A DNA stretch of 63,985 nucleotides, filler included, from Chiloscyllium plagiosum (Eukaryota), in NCBI RefSeq assembly GCF_004010195.1. It is 3 parts of one record of this genome, joined end to end, with 100 filler letters (N's around TTAATTAATTAA, not from the genome) between each part and the next. Parts side by side here need not be neighbours in the genome. Positions count along the whole stretch, not along the records: positions 1 to 29,227 come from NC_057713.1; positions 29,328 to 59,251 come from NC_057713.1; 1 more part is not named here. The stretch is one strand, 5' to 3'. The notes beneath the pieces are model-generated. The model was not told the DNA's origin. It worked only from the letters and a program-made list of their open reading frames with translations, and ran no database searches. How positions within the stretch are numbered: the first letter of the stretch is position 1; every line of letters begins with the position of its first letter. Shown here one piece after another: positions 24,800-36,735 of the stretch. The position numbers were made by a program, and so were the translations under genes.

Positions 24800-27700
24800 A
24801 CATACATAAAACAATACAGCACAGAACAGGCCCTTAGGCCCTCGATGTTGCGCCGACCGGTGAACTAATCTAAGCCCATCACCTATCCTATCCCATCATC
24901 ATCCATATGCTTATCCAAGGACTGTTTAAATGCCCCTAATGAAACTGAGTTAATTACATTGGCAGGTAGGGCATCCCACGCCTTTATCACTCTCTGAGTA
25001 AAGATCTGCCTCTGACATCTGTCTTAAATCTATCATACAAGCCAATGTCGTCATCCTTGGAAAAAGACTCTCACTGTCCACCCTATCTAATCCTCTGATC
25101 ACCTTGTTTGTCTCTATTAAATCCCCTCTTAGCCTTCCTCTCTCCAATGAGAACAGCCCAAGTCCCTCAGCCTTTCCTCATAAGACCTACACTTCAGACC
25201 AGGCAACATCCTGGTACATCTCCACTGCAGCTTTTTCAATGCTTCCACATCCTTCCTGAAATGGTGTGACCAGAACTGTACATAATACTCCAAGTGCAGC
25301 CGCGCTAGCGTCTTGTACAGTTCAGCATGACATCATGGCTCCAGAACTCAATCCCTCTACCAGTAAAACCTAACACACTGTGTGCCTTCTTAATAGCAGT
25401 ATCAACCTGGGTAGCAACATTCAGGGATCTATGTACATGGACTCCCAAGATCCCTCTGCACATCCAGAATCTTGCCATTCACCCAGTATTCTGCCTTCCT
25501 GTTATTCTTCCCAAAGTGAATCACCTCACATTTATCTGCATTGAACTCCATTTGCCATCTTTCAGCCCAATTCTGCAGTTTATCCAAGTCCCCCTCCACC
25601 CTGCAACATTCTTCCACACTGTCCACCACTCCACCGCTTTTAGTGTCATCTGCAAACTTACTAACCCATCCACCTATGCCTGTGTCTAAGTCATTTATAA
25701 AAATAGCAAACAGCAGTGGTCCCAAAACAGATCCTTGTGGCACACCACTAGTAACCGGACTCCAGGCTGAATATTTTCCATCAACCACCACTCACTGCCT
25801 TCTTACAGAAAGCCAGTTTCTTATTCAAACTGCTAAATCACCTTCAATCCCTCCGCATTTTCTCCAAAAGCCTATCATGTGGAACCTTATCAAAGGCTTT
25901 ACTGAAGTCCATGTACACCTTGTCAACTGCCTCATCCACAGGGTCACCTTCTCAAAAACTCAATGAGGTTTGTGAGACATGACTTGCCCTTGACAAAATC
26001 ATGTTGACGATCTCTAATTGTTGCTTGCTAGATGATAATAAATCGTATCTCTTATAACCCTTTCCAAAACTTTTCCTACAACAGACCTAAGCCTCACTGG
26101 TCTATAATTACCTGGGTCATCTCTACTGCCCCTGTTGAACAAGGGCACATAATTTGCAATCCTCCAGTCCTCTAATACCAAACCTGTAGGCAATGACGAC
26201 TCAAAGATCTAGGCCAAAGGCTCTGCCATCTCCTCCCGAGCTTCCCAGAGAATCCTCAGACAAATCCCATCCGGCCCAGGGGACTTGTCTACTTTTACTC
26301 CTTCTAGAATTGATAACACCACCCCTTACTAACCTTAATCCTTTCTAGTCTTATATCTCATATCTCAGTCTTCCCTACAATATTCTCCTTTTCTTGAGTG
26401 AAAACCGATGAGAAATATTCGTTTAGCACCTCTTCAATCTCCACAGGGTCCACACACAACTTCCCACTTCTGTCTTTGACAGGCCGTATTCCTACCCTCA
26501 TCATCCTTTTATTCCTCACATACCTATAAAAGCTTGAGGGTTCTCCTTTATTCTACCTGCTAAAGACTGCTCATGTCCCCTCCTTGATCTTCTTAACTCT
26601 CTTTAATTCCTTCTTAGCTAATCCTGTAACTCTCCATCACCTCATCTGAACCATCCTGTCTCAATATCACATAAGCCTCCCTCTTCCGCTTAACAAGACG
26701 TACAATTTCTGTGGTAAACCACGGTTCCTTATCTTATCACTTCCTCCCTGCCTGACAGGGACATACCTATCAAGGACATGCAATACCTGTTCCTTAAACC
26801 AGCTCCACATTTCTATTGTCTCATCTCCTGCATTTTGCTACCCCATTCTATGCCTCCTAAGTCTTGCCTAATTGGATTATAATTATCCTTCCCCCATCTG
26901 TAACTCTTGCTCTGTGATATGTACCTATCCCTTTCCATCGCTAAACTAAACATAACCGAATTATGGTCACTTTCTCCAAAGTGCTCACCTACCACTAAAT
27001 CATGCACCTGGCCTGGTTCATTACCAAGTACCAGATCCCGTGCAGCCTCCCCTCTTGTCGGCCCTTCGACATACTGTGTCAGGAAACCCTCCTGCACACA
27101 TTGGACAAAAACCAATTCACCCGATGTATGAGAGTTATAGCATTTCCAGCCAATGATGGGGAAGTTAAAGTCCCCCATAATGATGACCCTGTTCCTTTCA
27201 CTCCAACCCAGAATTGTTTGGCCAATCCACTCCTCCACATCCATGGAACTTTGCAGAGACCTATAAAAAGCTCCCAGCAGTGTGACCTCTCCTCTCCTGT
27301 TTCTAACCTCAGCACACATACCTCAGTAGACAAGTCGTCGTCAAAAGTTCTTTCAGCCACCATTATACTGTCCTTGACTAACAAGGCCACACCTCCCCCT
27401 ATTTTACCACCTTCCCTGATCTTAATGAAAGATCTAAACCATGGAACCTGCAACATCCATTCCTCACCCTGCTCGAAGCATGTCTCCAAAATGGCCACAA
27501 CAATAAGATAGCTCACCTATCTTATTTCGGATACGTCTGGTGTTGAAGTAGACACACTCCAAACCAGCTTGCTGTCTGCCAGCACGTTCTTGTGACCGTG
27601 AAATCCTGTCCCTGGCCTCCCTACTCTCATCCTCCTGTGCACTGCAACTACACATCAGATTCCCATAGCCCTGCTGAGCTAGTTTCAACCCATCCGAATA

Positions 27701-28285
27701 GCACCAGCAAATTTCCCACCCAGGATATTAGTACCCCTCTGGTTCAAGTGAAGACCGTCCTGTTTGTAGAGGTCCCAAGAATGTGCCCCGATTATCCATA
27801 TATCTGAAACCCTTCCTCCTGCACCATCCCTGCAGCCACATGTTTAGCTGATATCTCTCTCTGTTCCTTACCTCACTATCACATGGCACGGGTAACAAAC
27901 CAGAGATAACAACTCTTTTTCTTCTAGTTCTCAGCTTCCACCCTAGCTCCCTGAAGATTAAATACCCTACAGTATGGAAACAGGCCCTTCGGCCCAACAA
28001 GTCCACACCGAAATCCTGTCTTACATCCCTAACCCTCTTTCTACCTATGTCATTGGTACCTATGTGGACCATGACTTGGGGCTGGTCATCCTCTACCTTC
28101 AGGACCCTAAAGACATTATCTGAGACATCACAGACTCTGGCACCTGGGAGGCAACACACCAACAGTGAGTCTCTTTTGTTCCCAACAAACCTTCTAATTA
28201 TTGAGTCCCCAGTGACTAACACTGTCCTCCTTACCCCCTTTCCCTTCTGTGCAACAGGGACACACTTTGTCCCAGAGACCTGCAC
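24800..28285 (-). mobile_element. Near full-length CR1 LINE (ORF1 SGNH esterase, APE endonuclease, RT), inactivated
   Basis: VLVTGDSIIR..CCLPGARV..VHIGTNDIG (ORF1); IIMGDFNFP and GESDHNSV (endonuclease); GVPQGSVLGP..KFADDTK (RT); 3' tail near 24800. Confidence 0.95.
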
Positions 28286-28310
28286 CCCAATGCAACGTAT
28301 TATGGGAAAG

Positions 28311-28531
28311 ATCACACAACAGGTTATAGTCCAACATGTTTATTTGGAAGCACTAGCTTTCGGAGCACTGCTCCTTCATCAGGTGGTTGATGAAGGATGA
28401 TGAAGAACCATCTGATGAAGGGGCAGCGCTCCAAAAGCTAGTGCTTCCAAATAAACCTGTTGGGCTATAACTTGGTGTTGTGTGATTTTTAACTTTGTCC
28501 ACCCCAGTCCAACACTGGCACCTCCAAATCA
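28311..28531. mobile_element. Palindromic Penelope-derived element (family B) with a hammerhead motif on each strand
   Basis: About 78-bp inverted arms around a (gatgaag)-rich loop. Intact motif on minus (28351-28385); G12-mutated motif on plus (28409-28443). Confidence 0.8.
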
Positions 28532-28764
28532 TGGATGTACTATGACAGGCATTTGCTGAGCAGGTGAGACTTGAACTCAGACTTGTGGCCCAGGGATAGG
28601 GACACTACCACTGTGCCACAAGTGTTCTTTTATCTGTTATAGATTTCCTATTTGCATTTCTTAAAAAAACAGCAATTTGATCAGTGTTGCAATACTGCCA
28701 TCTATTGGTTAGAAATAGAAATATGTGAACTGAAATCAGTTTGTCAACTAAATGGGGAATAGGT

Positions 28765-29227
28765 TGAAACTTTATTGCTGGAACAGCACAGCAGGTCAGG
28801 CAGCATCCAGGGAACAGGAGATTCGACGTTTCGGGCACAGGCCCTTCTTCAGGAATGAGCAGAGAGTGTTCAGCAGGAGAAGATAAAAGGTAGGGAGGAG
28901 GGACTTGGAGGAGGGGCGTTGGAAATGTGATAGGTGGAAAGAGGTCAAGGTGAGGGTGATAGGTCGGAGTAGGATGGAGGCAGAGAGGTCAAGAAGAAGA
29001 CTGCAGGCCAGGAAGGCGGTGCCGGGCGGGAGGGACTCGGCTGAGACAAGGTGGGGGGAGGAGGGATGAAGAAACTGGTGAAGTCCAAGTTCATCCCCTG
29101 TGGTTGGAGAGTTCCCAGTCGGAAGATAAGACGCTCCCCCTCCGACCGGCGGGTTGTTGTGGTTTGGCGGTGGATGAGTCCAATGACCTGCATATCCTCG
29201 GTGGAGTGGGAGGAGGAGTTGAAATGC
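28765..29227 (-). mobile_element. Penelope-like element 3' end with pLTR, running into a gap
   Basis: MQVIGLIHRQTTTTRRSEGERLIFRLGTLQPQGMNLDFTSF; retained CpGs suggest a young copy. Confidence 0.88.
28821..28856 (-). ncRNA. Minimal type-I hammerhead ribozyme motif (family A, best copy)
   Basis: AUUC-CUGAAGA-A-GGGC cugu GCCC-GAAA-C-GUC-GAAU: 4-bp stem I, 4-bp stem II, palindromic ACGU at stem III and a GUC triplet. Confidence 0.72.
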
Positions 29228-29327
29228 NNNNNNNNNNNNNNNNNNNNNNNNNNNNNNNNNNNNNNNNNNNNTTAATTAATTAANNNNNNNNNNNNNNNNN
29301 NNNNNNNNNNNNNNNNNNNNNNNNNNN
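29228..29327. other. Assembly gap with artificial TTAATTAATTAA linker
   Basis: 44 N + TTAATTAATTAA + 44 N; the identical construct occurs at 59252-59351. Confidence 0.95.
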
Positions 29328-30185
29328 TAGCTTAGCCTGCTTGGCACACTTTCCTCATTCCTGAAGAAGGGGTCATGCCCGAAACATCGATTCTCCTGCT
29401 CCTTGGATGCTGCCTGACCTGCTGCACTTTTCCAGCAACACATTTTCAGCTCTGATCTCCAGCATCTGCTGTCCTCACTTTCTCTCACAAGGTTATAGAG
29501 TTATACAGTCATAGAGCTGTACAGTATGAAAACAGACCCTTTCATGCTGACCAGATATCTAAATTAAACCTTTTCCAGCAACACATTTTCAGCTCTGATC
29601 TCCAGCATCTGCTGTCCTCACTTTCTCTCACAAGGTTATAGAGTTATACAGTCATAGAGCTGTACAGTATGAAAACAGACCCTTTCATGCTGACCAGATA
29701 TCCTAAATTAAACTAGTCCCATTGGCCAGCATTTGGCCCACATCCTTTTAAACTCTTCCTATTCATATTCCCATCCAGATGCCTTTTAAATGTACTAATT
29801 GTTGCAGCCTCCACCTTTTCCTCTGGCAGCTTATTCCGTACACGCACAACTGTCTACATGAAAAAATTGCCCCTTAGCTCCCTTTTAAATCTTTCCTCTC
29901 TCACTTTAAACCTAACTTCTCTAGTTCTGGACCTTCCCTACCTTGGGAAAAAGACCTTGTCTGTTTACTCTATCCATGCCCCTCATGGTTTTATAAACAT
30001 CTATAAGGCACCCCTCAGTCTCCAACGCTCCAGGCAAAATAGCCTCAGCCAATTCAGCCTCTCTCCTTGATTCAAACTCTCCAACCCTGGCAATGTCCCT
30101 GTAAGTCATTTCTGAACCCTTTCAAATTTCACAACATCTTTCCTATAACAGGGAGACCAGAATTGCACGCAGTATTCCAAAAGCA
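29328..30185. mobile_element. Penelope pLTR (+) followed by a CR1 3' fragment (-), with a 143-bp tandem duplication
   Basis: ctgaagaagg..cccgaaac core at 29361-29386; block 29427-29569 is repeated at 29570-29713. Confidence 0.8.
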
Positions 30186-31039
30186 CCCAAACTAAATTTT
30201 CCTAAAATGTTAATAATGGCAATATCTCGTGATGCATGTAGGTGATGCAGCTGGGATCCATTAGCAATCCAAGAAAAAAAATACACCAACACATACAGGA
30301 ACACATTGAAGGCCAATCAGATGTCTTCCTCAGGCAAGAAGAGTCAAAGTACACAGCATTTCTTCCAGACTTTCCTAAGCAAGGGAATTAAAAGCACTTT
30401 ATAAAAACTGATTGACGCACAACACTCCGATTGTTGTGTAAGTGCCATCTGGAGCATCATTCAACAGGAAACAGTTTGTGTTTAGAAATGGATGCATGTA
30501 GAACTGGGAACAAAAACAGCCCTTCCTTCTCGAATCATGCAGACAAGTGGTATGACTGGAGGTGATGGTTGGGCTCAGAATGGTGGAGTTCATGCTTAAA
30601 CACTGATCATACTAAGTTAGCACAAGAGTCAGCCCTCATGGAGATAGACATTTTTCAAAAGCGACATGAGTGCAAGTCATAACTTATATGACTGAATTCA
30701 AGGCCGATACCCTCTGGAGTTTCAAAGAATCAGAGGTGACTTAATTGAAACATGTAAGATCCTAATGGAACTTGACCCAGTGGATGTGGAAAGGATATTT
30801 TCTCTTGTGGAAGAATGCAGAACTAGGATCCGAGCTTAAAAATAAAGGGGGCGCCCCTTTAAGAAAGAGATGAGGGGAAAGGTTTTCTCTGTGTATTGAG
30901 TCTTTGGAATCCATTTCGTCAAAAAGGCAGCAGATGCAGAATTTTAAATTTTTAGATTACTGATGACAATAGGGGTGAAATATCATCAGGAGTATGCAGG
31001 AATATACAGTTGAAGTTAAAATCAGACCTCGGCAACTAC

Positions 31040-31790
31040 CTGATGAGGTCCATGCCTCCCCAACAACCCACCCTCTCTCCTCGCACCTTCCCCTACCACT
31101 GCAGGAATTGCAAAACCTGTGCCCACACCTCCGTCCAGGGCCCCAAAGGAGCCTTCCACATCCATTTCACCTGCATTTCCACATATGTCATTTATTGTAT
31201 CTGTTGCTCCCAATGCGATCTCTTCCACATTGAGGACACTTCTCAATGGACGCCTTCTCGCAGAGCGCTTCAGGGAACATCTCCAGAACACCGACACCAA
31301 TCAACCTCACCGCCCTGTGGCCAAACATTTCAACTCCCCCTCTGACTCAGCCGAGGACATGCAGGTCCTAGGCCTCCTCCAATGCCATCCGTCACCATCT
31401 AACACCTGGAGGAAGAACGTCTCATCTTCCACCTCAGGACCCTTCAACCCCATGGCATCAATGTGGATTTCACCAGTTTCCTCATTTTCTCTTCCCCCAC
31501 CTTACGCCAGTTTCAACCTTCCACCTCAGCACCATCCTCATATCCGTTCCATCTTCCTTCTCACCTATTCGCTCCACCCTCCTCTCCGATCTATCACCTT
31601 TACCCCCATCTCCATCCACCTATTGCACTCTCAGTTACCTTCTCCCCAGCCCCACCCTCTCCCATTTATCTGTCCACCCCCAAGGCTCCCAGCCTTATTC
31701 CTGATGAAGGGCTTTTGCCTGAAACGTTGATTTTTCTGCTCCTTGGGTGGTGCCTGACCTGCTATGCTTTTCCAGAACCACTCTAATTTT
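31040..31790 (+). mobile_element. Penelope-like element (GIY-YIG end and pLTR) inserted in a CR1 tail
   Basis: CRNCKTC..VIYCICCSQC, RLLAERFREH and PVAKHFNS; hammerhead-like ATTC-CTGATGA-A-GGGC tttt GCCT-GAAACGTT at 31697-31730. Confidence 0.9.
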
Positions 31791-33905
31791 GACCTTAAAA
31801 TCAAATCAGTCATGATTGTACCTAACAGCAGAGCAGGCTCAAAGTGGCCAAGTGGCCTACCCTTGTGTTTTATTCATATATTTCCAACCCCTTGTCATTG
31901 GAGCCATCACCAACATTCCTCGGGATCATACAAAACAGGAGTTGGTCAAGCCTTCTTCAATTCACCATGTGTCTAATGCAACAACACCCTCAGTGATGCT
32001 GAGAGGAGCTGCTGGTGCGTCTCATTGCAATCCTGCTCGCGATACTAGGAAGGAATGGGACTGGCATTTCACGATGTGGAGATGGCCACTTTCTATTACA
32101 CTAAGTGACAACCTGAGGAGTTTAGCAGAGAATGAGGGGCAGAATGTTCACACTCAACTATTCAAGCCAGCCCAGCCTCCTTGATCAGACATTAGCTCAT
32201 GGCATCACCTAGGCCTGAAGGAAGTCAAGTGAAATTCAGTTGTCCCCTTCTGGGATGTGGTTTGTACAGAAATGTGATGATTTTGTAGTTATATAAAATA
32301 AGTAATTTTCAAATACCTCCCTGCCACAAGACACTAACTAAGCAGATGTACAGTTGAAAAATGTATGTGCTTGCTGTGTACTATTTTCTAAATCCTTAAA
32401 TGGTTAGAAAATTGTAAACAGCATGTGCCTGGATTTCTTTTCTACCAACAGCATGAAATCAGGAAATTACCAATTTGCTGTTCTCATTTTCTTTCTTTGA
32501 CTTCTGTTTTTCTGTTTTTTGACAGAGGAATAATATGTTATCTCTTGCTGTTTCAAGTGATGAAGCCAAATGGTCTCATAGGATTTAGCGCTGTGCATGG
32601 CTCAGTTTTTCTAATGTGTTCCAATTAATGCCTGTCTGGGGATCCGTAGGTGATGATCTTGCATGTTTTTCAAAACTTGCTTTCAAGTTCTTAGCTAATT
32701 TGTGCCATTTACAATGCCAACTAAAGTCAAGGGACCTTTTTAATCCCATTTGCCAACACGTTGCGGTATGATGTTATCACCACTTATATTCATCAAGTGC
32801 AAATGCCTGATAAGAGATCATACAACATGTCCAAACTTGTGTGTTTATGGCATGCATTGATAATGTTAATACATTTCAAAAAAGACATTTTTAATCAAGT
32901 TACATTTAAGCCAATCATAGCAGAAACTATTGAATTGTAACATAAAATTTGCCTAATAATTACACTATGTTGAACAATGCTGAGTAAGCTTATCTTGAAT
33001 GGGAAAGTGGTGAAAAAAACCATAATATGCTCTGTTATGACTTCATGGTGGTATTCCTGCCTCTGTGTCAAAAGGTCATAGATTTGAAAATGCACTTCAG
33101 AGAGTTGAGAACATAATTGTGTACTTCAATAGAACAGAGGGACTTTTTTTCTGAGATGGATAATTTCTACTTCCTAAAATATGTGGCTTTGTTTCAAAAA
33201 TATTTCAGTATGTAAAGGATTGGAAAGATGAAAGTCATCGTCTTTGGTCCCCATATTAGAAGCATTTCCCAGAAACTGATTCCACTCTTTTCTCTGGGCA
33301 CTGCCTGAGGGCGAACAAGGGAACAAGGTGGCTTGCAACTTCCACATCTTATCCACCCCAGAGACAAGGTTGGAAGGCCAAATACATCCTATCAATAGTA
33401 CTGACAATTCTGCTTTTGTACTGTTCCTTGTTTCCCCATTGCTTCAGTTCATCTGCTGTTGAAACTTCCAACTATGCCTTTGCTACCTCTAGACTAAACA
33501 ATTCCAATGTTCTCCTGGCTGACTTCCATAGTAAACTTGAGGTTTTCCAAAACAGTGCATCTCCAAACTCATACTAAGACTTCCTAACTTTTATACTCTA
33601 TCCCATTTTCAATAAGGGCAACATTCTATATGCTTTTCTAGTTACTTATTCAACCTGCATGTTCACCTGTTTTAATGCACGCATAAGGATATCCAGATCC
33701 CTCTGTATCATTGCATAGTCACTCTCCATTTAAATAATACACCGCTTTTCTATTTTTGCATACCAATGTGAATGAACTTGCATTTTCTTACACTTTAGTC
33801 CATCTAGCATGCATTTTCAGAGTCTTTGGGTAGGTCAAAGCTAAGATATGAGATGGGTCGACCTGTAATCTTGTTAAGTCGGTCTCTGCCAGGCAGCCAG
33901 ATCAG

Positions 33906-34405
33906 NNNNNNNNNNNNNNNNNNNNNNNNNNNNNNNNNNNNNNNNNNNNNNNNNNNNNNNNNNNNNNNNNNNNNNNNNNNNNNNNNNNNNNNNNNNNNNN
34001 NNNNNNNNNNNNNNNNNNNNNNNNNNNNNNNNNNNNNNNNNNNNNNNNNNNNNNNNNNNNNNNNNNNNNNNNNNNNNNNNNNNNNNNNNNNNNNNNNNNN
34101 NNNNNNNNNNNNNNNNNNNNNNNNNNNNNNNNNNNNNNNNNNNNNNNNNNNNNNNNNNNNNNNNNNNNNNNNNNNNNNNNNNNNNNNNNNNNNNNNNNNN
34201 NNNNNNNNNNNNNNNNNNNNNNNNNNNNNNNNNNNNNNNNNNNNNNNNNNNNNNNNNNNNNNNNNNNNNNNNNNNNNNNNNNNNNNNNNNNNNNNNNNNN
34301 NNNNNNNNNNNNNNNNNNNNNNNNNNNNNNNNNNNNNNNNNNNNNNNNNNNNNNNNNNNNNNNNNNNNNNNNNNNNNNNNNNNNNNNNNNNNNNNNNNNN
34401 NNNNN
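33906..34405. other. 500-N assembly gap
   Basis: Run of N. Confidence 1.
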
Positions 34406-35086
34406 GCTAGACCAGATAAGAATGGCAGATTTCCACCTCTGAAAGTCATTAGTAAATTTTTATGACAATTAATGATAGCTTCATAGTCACCATCAAATTA
34501 TATTTTCCTGAGTACATAGAATATGTTGTGTTGATAAGTATGTCACTTTGTTAGTCTAACTCACCTTTTCATTAGTAATTAAAGCAATTGCTCAGTATCT
34601 TGCAGCACATTTTTAAAATAAAAATCTTGATTAAAATAAAATTTTAATAATTTCTAAAAAAGTTGACAGTAATCCTAGAGTTAGTCATTTTTTGATTTGA
34701 TACTCACTTGTAACATTTATAGTATATTGATTTGCTACTTCTCATGTTTATTATACACAATGCTATTTATGTCTTAACAGTTAAAATAATCCATAATAAT
34801 AGATAGACTTAATAGCAGATGACATATATTAGTGAACAAAGAGTTCAGTGCGATACTTGGAATAAAAAAATTGAAATGTAACCCCAACTATTATATATTC
34901 ACTATAGTCACAGTAGAATGCAAAACAATATTACTTAAAAGCCATAGTCTAAGAATATTTTCATCTATGTGATTAGGACAACAGATAAACTGGTAAAAGG
35001 TGTTACTTTTAAATCTGAGATAGATGATTTTTTTTTGTAAAGCAAAGGTATTGAAGGAAACAGGCCAAAGGCAGGTATATGGAGTT

Positions 35087-36735
35087 AGAACAAAGAACAA
35101 AAAGAACAAAGAAAATTTACAGTCCAGGAACAGGGCCTTCGGCCCTCCAAGCCTGAGCCAATCCAAATGTACTGTCTAAACCTGTCGGCCAATTCCTAAG
35201 CATCTGTATCCCTCTGCTCCCCACCTACTCATGCATCTGTCCAGACGCATCTTAAAATGAATCTACCGTGCCTGCCTCTACCACCTCTGCTGGCAACACG
35301 TTCCAAACGCCCACCACCCTCTGTGTGAAGTACTTGCCATGTGTATCCCCCTTAAACTTTCCACCTCTCACCTTGAAAGCATGACCTCTCGTTATTGAAT
35401 CCTTCACCCTGGGAAAAAGCTTGTCTCTATCGACCCGGTCTATACCCTTCATGATCTTGTAAACCTCAAATTGGTCCCCCCTCAATCTCCTTTTTTTCTA
35501 GTGAAAATAAACCTAACCTACTCAACCTCTCTTCATAGCTAGCACCTTCCACACCAGGCAACATCCTCGTAAACCTTCTCTGCACCCTCTCCAAAGCGTC
35601 CACATCCTTTTGGTAATGTGGTGACCAGAATTGTACACAATATTCTAAATGCGGCAGAACCAATGACTTGTTCAATTTTAACATGACCTGCCAGCTCTTA
35701 TACTCAATACCCCATCCAATGAAGGCAAATATACTATATGCCTTCTTGACCACTCTGTCCACCTGTGCAGCAACGTTCAGGGTACAATGGACCTGCACTC
35801 CCAGATCTCTCTGTCCATCAACTTTTCCCAAGGCTCTTCCATTCATTGTATAATTCGCTCTAGAATTAGACTTGCTTAAATGCATCACGTCACATTTGTC
35901 TGGCTTGAAATCCATCTGCCACTTTTCTGTCCAACTGTCCAGTCTATCTCTATCCTCCTGTATTCTTTGACAGTCCCTTATGCTTTCTGCTACTCCACCA
36001 ATCTTCGTGTCATCTGCAAACTTGCTGATCATACCAACAGTGCCCTCTTCCAGATCATTTATGTACATTACAAACAACAGTGGTCCCCACACTGACTCCT
36101 GTGGAACACAACTGGTCACCTTTCTCCATTTCAAGAAACTCCCTTCAACTACTACTCTCTGTCTCCTGTTGCTCAACCAGTTCTTTATCCACCTAGCTAG
36201 AACACCCTGCACACCATGTGACATCACTTTCTCCATTAGTCTACAATGGGGAACCTTATCAAACTCCTTACTAAAGTCCATGTATATGACATCAACAGCC
36301 CTTCCTTCATCTAACAACTTGGTCACTTCCATGAAGAACTCTATCAAGTTGGTAAGGCATGATCTCCCCCTCACAAAACCATGTTGCCCATCACCGATAA
36401 GCTCATTTCTTTCCAAATATAAATAGATCCTATCTCTCAGTACCCTCTCCAGCAACTTCCCCACCACTGACGTCAGGCTCACTGGTCTGTAGGTACCCGG
36501 AGTATCCCTACTACCCTTCTTGTACAGGGAGACAATATGAGCAACCTTCCAGTCCTCCGGCACCTCACCTATATTTAAGGATGACACAAAGATATCTGTC
36601 AGGGCCCCAGCTATTTCCTCTCTCGCCTCCCTCAGCAACCTGGGATAGATCCCACCCAGTCCTGGGGATTTGTCCACCTTAATAACCTCTAGCCTAACCA
36701 ACACATCTTCCCTACTTATGCCAATGTGATCCAGA
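35087..36735 (-). mobile_element. Young 5'-truncated CR1 LINE with an open RT domain
   Basis: 412-aa ORF 35466-36704 (YRPVSLTSVVGK, QHGFVRGRSC, YMDFSKEFDK, KFADDTK); one frameshift at a T8 run; microsatellite tail at 35087-35115. Confidence 0.96.

Noticed and set aside
29272..29283. TTAATTAATTAA inside N runs (also 59296-59307)
   Set aside because: Artificial scaffolding linker with stops in all six frames, centred in identical 100-bp gaps.
29427..29713. 143-bp near-identical tandem duplication
   Set aside because: Spans a junction of two different elements, is almost identical and lies 100 bp from a gap; most likely an assembly artefact.
32500..32600. Strong + strand acceptor as a candidate RMDN1 exon 3 (similar sites at 38187 and 63861)
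   Set aside because: In the required phase they give early stops or unrelated peptides.
33826..34449. Long ORFs of X residues
   Set aside because: Produced by the 500-N gap.
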